Below, in pieces: positions 24,495 through 25,899 of a DNA stretch of 25,899 nt (positions within the stretch are counted from its first letter, which is position 1; every line of letters begins with the position of its first letter). The translations under genes and the position numbers were made by a program. Below the pieces are notes generated by a model. That model was given only the letters and a program-made list of their open reading frames with translations, made no database searches and was not told the DNA's origin. This DNA is from Armatimonadia bacterium (lineage in GTDB: Bacteria > Armatimonadota > Zipacnadia > Zipacnadales > UBA11051): assembly GCA_039683575.1 (NCBI GenBank), contig JBDKRC010000314.1, positions 1-25,899 on the forward strand, read 5' to 3'.

Positions 24495-25899
24495 CTACTT
24501 TATGATCTGGAGCTGTGGCCGCGCCGCCTTCGCCGCCGCAATTCCTTCATCCGTCACTGCCGTCCCGCGTACCGATACCGCTTCTACCTTACCCGACTGC
24601 GCCAGTGTCAGCAGTCCCTTGTCGGTGATGCCCTTGCACTCGTTCAGGGACAGGGACCTAATCCGGGCCCCCGCCAATGAATCCATGCTGGCATCCGTCA
24701 AAGCCTGATTGCCCCAGATGCTCAGATCACTGAGGCTGGGCAGCGCTGCTAGGAACCTTATGGTCTCAGGCGCAAAGTCAACGTTCAGTATGCTAAGTCG
24801 TTCCAGCCGCTTCAGGTTGCCCAATTCCTCTAGGCCGGTTAAATCTCTCGCGCCGCTCAGGTCAATCATGCGCAGCATTTCAAGAGATCCCAATGGCGCT
24901 GCATCCTTGAGTGTGGGAGAACCCAGGTAGATGCGGCTAAGCTTCGTGCAGGCCCGCAGTGCCTTTAGGCCAGGCCCGACAACCGATGCTCCGGAAATGC
25001 CAAGGTAGCCCAATTCAGGCAGAGTCGCAAGGCACTCAACTCCCCGGTCGGTGATCTTTTTGTTGCCATTCAGCCACAAGAACCGGAGACCCTTCGCCTG
25101 CGCAAGGCTTTCGCATGCTTTGTCATCAAAGTCAGCGCGGCAATCCAGCTGCAGTGTAACCAGGTTGGGCACCTTAGCCAGCCTGGCCACAACGTCCGGA
25201 GTCAGGTTAGGCTGGGGCGAAAACAGACTGAGCCCGACTGGAGCCTGCACTGCGGACAGCTCCTGAGCCAGCGCCTGAAACTCGTCTTCCGTTAGTTTGG
25301 TATCGCCGATTGCTTGCACCAGCAACATATTGTTAGCTGGCACCACATATTCACTCACGCTGCATTCCCGAACGTCATGATAGTCGGACATCACGCTGTA
25401 GGCGTCAGTGCCCAGTTCCGGTCTCAACACTATCCGGCATACTTTCATCACCAGCTTCTTGGGGCCCGCCAACGGTGCCGCCGCCGGCGCTCCCTTCATC
25501 TCCATTGGGATCGCCTCGGCAATCTCGCCGGCAAGCGGGCCGGTGTCGGTGCGCACAGCCGCCATGTATCTGCCCGTGAGGGCTGCCACGCGTGCCTCGT
25601 AGCGCTGGTACTGGTTCTCAACCGCGCTCAGAGACACTTGCTGGGCCACTGCGCCCTTCTCATCCGTCAGCGTCATCGTAAGTTCGCTTTGCGTTCCATT
25701 CCTGAGCCACGTCACGGCCGTGCCCCAGGGTGTCTTCAGACCCCATACGCCCAGCACGGCCTGTCCAGCGCGCATCCCATCCACCCTTGTGTGCAGCTTC
25801 AGCATCATCGGCTCACCAAAGACACCCCCGTTGACCGGGTTATCCGGCGTAAATAACCCCAACCAGTCTCCGCCATAGCTCCAGGTGTCCGGCCCCGCC
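24495..25899 (-). CDS. Leucine-rich-repeat protein (F-box/AMN1-like LRRs), 5' end outside window
   Basis: Repeated LxxLxL...ITDxG units (LRFLWLNGNKKITDRGV, IRSLSLNECKGITDKGL, VRGTAVTDEGI). The frame stays open from 25862 to the window end. Confidence 0.85.
   Translation of the reverse strand, partial: AGPDTWSYGGDWLGLFTPDNPVNGGVFGEPMMLKLHTRVDGMRAGQAVLGVWGLKTPWGTAVTWLRNGTQSELTMTLTDEKGAVAQQVSLSAVENQYQRYEARVAALTGRYMAAVRTDTGPLAGEIAEAIPMEMKGAPAAAPLAGPKKLVMKVCRIVLRPELGTDAYSVMSDYHDVRECSVSEYVVPANNMLLVQAIGDTKLTEDEFQALAQELSAVQAPVGLSLFSPQPNLTPDVVARLAKVPNLVTLQLDCRADFDDKACESLAQAKGLRFLWLNGNKKITDRGVECLATLPELGYLGISGASVVGPGLKALRACTKLSRIYLGSPTLKDAAPLGSLEMLRMIDLSGARDLTGLEELGNLKRLERLSILNVDFAPETIRFLAALPSLSDLSIWGNQALTDASMDSLAGARIRSLSLNECKGITDKGLLTLAQSGKVEAVSVRGTAVTDEGIAAAKAARPQLQIIK

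Noticed and set aside
1..25899. CRISPR array, rRNA, intact transposase/integrase, defence genes, and the many short overlapping ORFs
   Set aside because: No spaced repeats or diagnostic motifs seen; the short ORFs are alternate-frame products of high GC inside supported genes.

Overview
GC-rich bacterial window with no rRNA, tRNA, CRISPR array or intact transposase recognisable. From gene content alone it may be an Armatimonadota/PVC-type glycan degrader (inference). Left 16.7 kb: eight co-directional minus-strand genes, in transcription order a ceramidase-like hydrolase, a 1299-aa GH42-like protein, a DUF4838 protein, two tandem paralogous secreted TIM-barrel proteins, a second ceramidase-like protein, a sugar-phosphate isomerase/epimerase and an anaerobic sulfatase-maturating radical SAM enzyme. 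The maturase runs off the window edge and is missing from the ORF track. Right 9 kb is an eroded/accessory zone. It holds a divergent alpha/beta-hydrolase cut off before its catalytic His by a ~0.7 kb hairpin-rich non-coding island, and a second DUF4838 gene whose signal peptide is separated from its body by one in-frame TAG. It also holds a small membrane-protein gene frameshifted at a 9-bp direct repeat, a secreted ankyrin-NPCBM-M64-like peptidase, an orphan MscS fragment and a 5'-partial LRR protein. All family calls are by eye from motifs; no searches were run.
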